DNA of 64,000 nt, from positions 1,472,001 through 1,536,000 of the forward strand of contig OY843584.1 in assembly GCA_963692915.1 (NCBI GenBank). The letters run 5' to 3'. Shown piece by piece: positions 60,336-64,000 of the stretch (position 1 is the stretch's first letter; every line of letters starts with the position of its first letter). The position numbers and the translations under genes were made by a program. The stretch is from Cenarchaeum sp. Lineage in GTDB: Archaea; Thermoproteota; Nitrososphaeria; Nitrososphaerales; Nitrosopumilaceae. The notes under the pieces are model-generated. The model was given only the letters and a program-made list of their open reading frames with translations. It ran no database searches and was not told where the DNA came from.

Positions 60336-61469
60336 CTACAGTCCGGCTCCCGCATCCTGGCGCCTGCGCATATAGCTGACAAGCTCGCGCAGTCCGTCAC
60401 TGTGGGGATCAATTGCCATTGCTGTCTCAAAGGCGGCCATGGCATCAGAGCGGCGACCCAGCGCCATCAGCACGTTTCCCCTGCCCGTGTGTGCGGCCCA
60501 CTGCCTCGGCATGAGCTCGATGGCCCTGTCAAACTCCTTTAGGGCCTCCCTGTTGCGCCCGAGCATTCCGAGCACGTTGCCGTGGTTGGTGCGCGTCGCG
60601 GCATTTTGCGGATCGATGCGAATCGACTTCTCGATGGCCTTGAGCGCATCGTGCGGCCTGCCCATGTTGCCCAGTGCAGCCCCGCGATTGCTGAGCACCT
60701 CGACCTTGCGGCTGACTGCGCGATCGGCCATGCTGTCACCACTGGCCCACTCGTCTTTAATCACGGTATGGGCCTCTAGTATCGCCACGTGCCCAGAGAC
60801 GTCGTCGGCCTCATCGCTCTTGCCCACCCTCGTCAGCGCGGTGATCAGGCGCTTGTGGCAATGGACACTGTTGGGCTCTAGCTCGACTGCGCGCCTAAAC
60901 TCGCCAACGGCCTCCTCGTGGCGCCCCAGCAGCTCTAGCACGGTGCCGAGATTCAGGTGGACATCACAGGAATCAGGCGCCAGCTCTGCTGCGCGCGCAA
61001 AGCACTCGGCGGCCTCCTCAAAGTTGTCCTTATTTTCCAGCGCACACCCCAGCTTTATGTGGGCTATGGCCCTTCCGGGATTTCGCCTCACTGCGCGCCT
61101 CAGCGCCGACATGCCCTCCATGCGGTACCCGAGATTTTCCCACGCCACGAGCCTGCCAATGTTTGCGACTATGCTGTCCGGCTCGATCTTTACTGCGCGC
61201 TCAAAGTACTCAAGGGCCGTCTCGTTATCCCCGTGCAGGCCGTGGATCGAGCCAATGCGCGCCAGTGTGCGCACATTGGCCGGATCCAGCTCCATTGCGC
61301 GCTCAAGGTGCGGCAGGGCCTCCCATGCGCGGCCAATCCTAAACAGCGTGTTCCCCATGTCCATGTGCGCACGTGCATCATTGGGCCTCTCGCGCACCCG
61401 CCGCTCACACTCCTCGAGCGACATCGACTCGTCGTCCTTGCCTGCCGAGCCCCCGCTTCCTGAGCCCAT
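60336..61469 (-). CDS. TPR-repeat protein (array copy 3)
   Basis: TPR repeats; MGSGS start plus MSLEECERRVRERP after the same promoter cassette. Confidence 0.9.
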   Translation of the reverse strand: MGSGSGGSAGKDDESMSLEECERRVRERPNDARAHMDMGNTLFRIGRAWEALPHLERAMELDPANVRTLARIGSIHGLHGDNETALEYFERAVKIEPDSIVANIGRLVAWENLGYRMEGMSALRRAVRRNPGRAIAHIKLGCALENKDNFEEAAECFARAAELAPDSCDVHLNLGTVLELLGRHEEAVGEFRRAVELEPNSVHCHKRLITALTRVGKSDEADDVSGHVAILEAHTVIKDEWASGDSMADRAVSRKVEVLSNRGAALGNMGRPHDALKAIEKSIRIDPQNAATRTNHGNVLGMLGRNREALKEFDRAIELMPRQWAAHTGRGNVLMALGRRSDAMAAFETAMAIDPHSDGLRELVSYMRRRQDAGAGL

Positions 61470-61547
61470 GTCCCAGGCTGCCACGGCACTGCTCCTATAA
61501 TTTTTGTCCCGCAATCCCAGAAACACGCGCTTGCCTTGACGCGCCCA

Positions 61548-62642
61548 CTAGTCGATGGCCTCGGCCCTCGCATCGGCCTCGTCTGCCTCAACGGGCCGGT
61601 CGAGTGCGCGCAGGGCCGTGGCCATCCCCGTGTGGGCGATGATAAGGTTGGGGGCAAGCTCGGCGGCGAGCTCGTATGCGCCGAGGGCCTCCTCGGCGCG
61701 ACCTAGGATCATGAGCGCATCGCCGTGGTACACGTGAACCGGAGGATCGTCCGGACTCGCGCGAATCGCCACCTCGAGGCACTCGACGGCCTCTTGCGCC
61801 CTGCCCATTGCAGTCAGCGCACGCCCGCGCTCGGTGTACGAGCCGGCGTGGTCGGGGCGCAGCGCGATTGCGCGGTCGATATACGAAATCGCCTTGTCCG
61901 GACTCCCGAGGTCAGTCAGGACGCTGCCGAGGTAGAGGAGCGCAACGTGGTCGCCGGGCGCCATCCTCAGCGATCGCTCCTGCGCCTTGACGGACTCGGC
62001 GAGCCGCCCGAGCCTGTGGAGCGCAATGCCCCTCCTAAAGTGGGCCATCGAGTTCTCATAGCCCTCGGCGATCGCGACATCAAATGACTCGAGGGCCTCC
62101 CCGTCGCGGTGCATGTCGAGGAGAATCATGCCGATCTCATATTGGGACATTGCCCAGTCAGTGTCAGTGCGCGTGATCCTGGAGAGCTCCTCGAGGGCCT
62201 CCTCGTCGCGGCCCAGGCCGCGCAGTGCGCGCGAGCGGCACGTGTGCACGCCCACCAGGCTCGCATCCAGGGCCATGGCCGAGTCTGCGGACTCGAGGGA
62301 CTCGGCGGCGCGCCCGAGCGTAAACATGACCATGGCCCGCAGCATGTGCGCGCCGGCCGCGCGCGGATCGGCAGCTATTGCGCGGTCTGCGGCCTCGATG
62401 GCCTCGGAGTTCCTGTCAAGGTGCGCCAGGGCCAGGCCGGCGCTAGTCAGCGGGATGACATCTGTGGGATCGAGCTCAAAGGCCCGCCTCCAGTGCGATA
62501 TGGCCTCCTCGTTGCGCTTTAGGTCATAGAGCACACTCGCAATGTCCTTGTGCGCATTGGCGTCATCAGGCCTCTGACGGACCGCCTCCTCGCAGCCCTC
62601 GAGTGTCATCGGCGTATCATCGCCGCCCCTTGCATCTGCCAT
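61548..62642 (-). CDS. TPR-repeat protein (array copy 4)
   Basis: TPR repeats; PMTLEGCEEAVRQRPDD N-terminus; own TATA-like box at ~62666-62675. Confidence 0.9.
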   Translation of the reverse strand: MADARGGDDTPMTLEGCEEAVRQRPDDANAHKDIASVLYDLKRNEEAISHWRRAFELDPTDVIPLTSAGLALAHLDRNSEAIEAADRAIAADPRAAGAHMLRAMVMFTLGRAAESLESADSAMALDASLVGVHTCRSRALRGLGRDEEALEELSRITRTDTDWAMSQYEIGMILLDMHRDGEALESFDVAIAEGYENSMAHFRRGIALHRLGRLAESVKAQERSLRMAPGDHVALLYLGSVLTDLGSPDKAISYIDRAIALRPDHAGSYTERGRALTAMGRAQEAVECLEVAIRASPDDPPVHVYHGDALMILGRAEEALGAYELAAELAPNLIIAHTGMATALRALDRPVEADEADARAEAID

Positions 62643-62791
62643 GCGCAGGCCGCAGCGCCGCTTTGATATAATAATTGCCCGTGATCGCGATCATGCCCTG
62701 GCCGACAATGTCCCACGTTCCTGACATGGTGTGTCTTGTGCTGACTTGGCATCCCGTGCACACTCGTGCGCACATGCATGGTGAGTTGAGG

Positions 62792-62865
62792 CGGGTCTAG
62801 AGGGATTCGAACCCTCGACAGCCGGATTAAGAGTCCGGTGCTCTACCTGGCTGAGCCATAGACCC
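62792..62865 (-). tRNA. tRNA-Lys(CTT)
   Basis: Acceptor GGGTCTA/TAGACCC, anticodon arm CCGGA-CT CTT AA-TCCGG, T-loop TTCGAAT. Confidence 0.95.
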
Positions 62866-63137
62866 CCGCGCCGCAGCGTGCCATGATCATGCTATTAAAA
62901 TGTGGTGAGGCCTATGGACAAAGACGGCGAGCTGGCGCACGGCAGGCCGCAGCAGGGCGCGAAGCGATGGCCATGGAATGACGCCGACAAAAAAGGCCGT
63001 GCGGCGCCCGGGGCGCGACGCAAGGGTGATGTCCCACATGCCGACGCACAGCACGCGCGGGCTCTTGACCGTGCAGGGTTCGCGTGGCGCATGGCTCTGC
63101 TTAAAGCGTTATATGCGGTATATGCCACGGCAGTGCC

Positions 63138-63678
63138 ATGAACGCTGCGATACAGGCGCTTGAGACAAAGAGCCCGCTAACATGGGGTGAGCTCTATGAC
63201 AGCATGGGCGTCACGCACGGTGACGAGAAGGCATTCTCCATAATATGCGACTCTGTGCACAACGGTCACATCGAGATAAAGTACGATGGGCGCCTCATGC
63301 TTCCCGTTCCCGAGTCCGAGCGAGAGGAGAACCCGATAGTGGCCATACTCAAAAAGGAGAGCCCGCTGACTCGCGAGGAGGCCGCGCGACGCATGGGTCT
63401 ATCTTCACCTTGATGACTATGGCCGGCTCTGCGTACTCGAAGAGATCCCCGAGTCCGAGCGCCCTACCCAGTGGGACCTTGAGGGCACCATGGCACTGTC
63501 TAGGGCACGCAAACTCGGCATGATCAAGCGTGGTGATGACGGCATGCTGGCATTCACCGACCAGGGTGATCGCGGACTCCTCTCCGAGCGCGAGCTGCGC
63601 GCAGCAAAAGACAGCCTAGACTCGGCCAATGACTATGCGAGCACGCATCCTGAAATGTTCAAGCCGGTGAACATGTGA
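63138..63678 (+). pseudogene. Probable single wHTH-repeat gene split by a frameshift near 63400 (ORFs 63138..63413 and 63490..63678)
   Basis: The second frame is open from 63370 and encodes DDYGRLCVLEEIPESER, echoing KYDGRLMLPVPESER of the first ORF. Confidence 0.45.
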
Positions 63679-63792
63679 TCACGGGATGATCCTGTCAGCA
63701 CATGGCACGCGCCAATTACGACCGTGAAAAACATCATCATTTGAGCGAATCACATGAATGTCTCGGAGGCTCACTGGCGTGACTGGTATGCG

Positions 63793-63975
63793 CTATTGCG
63801 CAATCTCGGCCTTTGCGTGGCGGTCGAGTATCGAGTTGAGGACCATCGAGACAGGCGCATTGCCCATCTTTTTCTTTTCGGCCAAGAGCCTCTGGTACGC
63901 GTCTAGCGTAATGTACACCGGTATCGAGCCGTTGCCCTCTAGGAGGCCGCGAACCTTGTAGAGGGCCGTCTCCAT
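63793..63975 (-). CDS. Small CopG/ribbon-helix-helix-like protein
   Basis: 60 aa with a beta-helix-helix pattern (VYIT.DAYQRL..EK......S.VL..IL). Confidence 0.4.
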   Translation of the reverse strand: METALYKVRGLLEGNGSIPVYITLDAYQRLLAEKKKMGNAPVSMVLNSILDRHAKAEIAQ

Positions 63976-64000
63976 GCCGCGCTCTGCAGACTTTGCAAAC

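Noticed and set aside
62770-62830. attL/attR duplication of the tRNA-Lys 3' end
   Set aside because: No second copy of the tRNA 3' sequence was found by eye, and no integrase is in the window.

Overview
This is an archaeal window. Gene content and order point to Nitrososphaerota (Thaumarchaeota), Nitrosopumilaceae-like: a CFI-box-CTERM tail, pok-pps-panB-coaBC, psmB-aCPSF1, egsA, cca and a solo Cas4-like gene. The backbone is GC-rich, which suggests a Cenarchaeum-like host-associated lineage (inference). Positions ~1-41.1 kb are mostly core housekeeping genes. They include tRNA-Val(GAC), a tRNA-Arg(CCT) with a D-loop intron and one AT-rich inserted nuclease-like gene at 20.5-21.5 kb. Positions ~41.2-62.7 kb form an accessory/defence island between the A-type ATPase subunit C gene and the 3' end of tRNA-Lys(CTT). 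The island holds an intact IS481-family element (25-bp TIRs, 15-bp target duplication), two HTH-fused nucleases, HEPN-like genes and a secreted Ig-repeat metalloprotease. It also holds an AT-rich PLD-SNF2 helicase plus N6-adenine methyltransferase pair, a tandem array of TPR genes and a decayed second IS481 copy. The first standout signal is three homopolymer tracts (G21, C15, A10) clustered in the helicase/MTase locus, one of which frameshifts the MTase; this is a candidate phase-variable archaeal restriction-modification-like system. The second is that both IS481 copies end exactly 56 bp from a host start codon, a candidate for promoter-anchored targeting. All calls come from motif recognition by eye; no database search was run.
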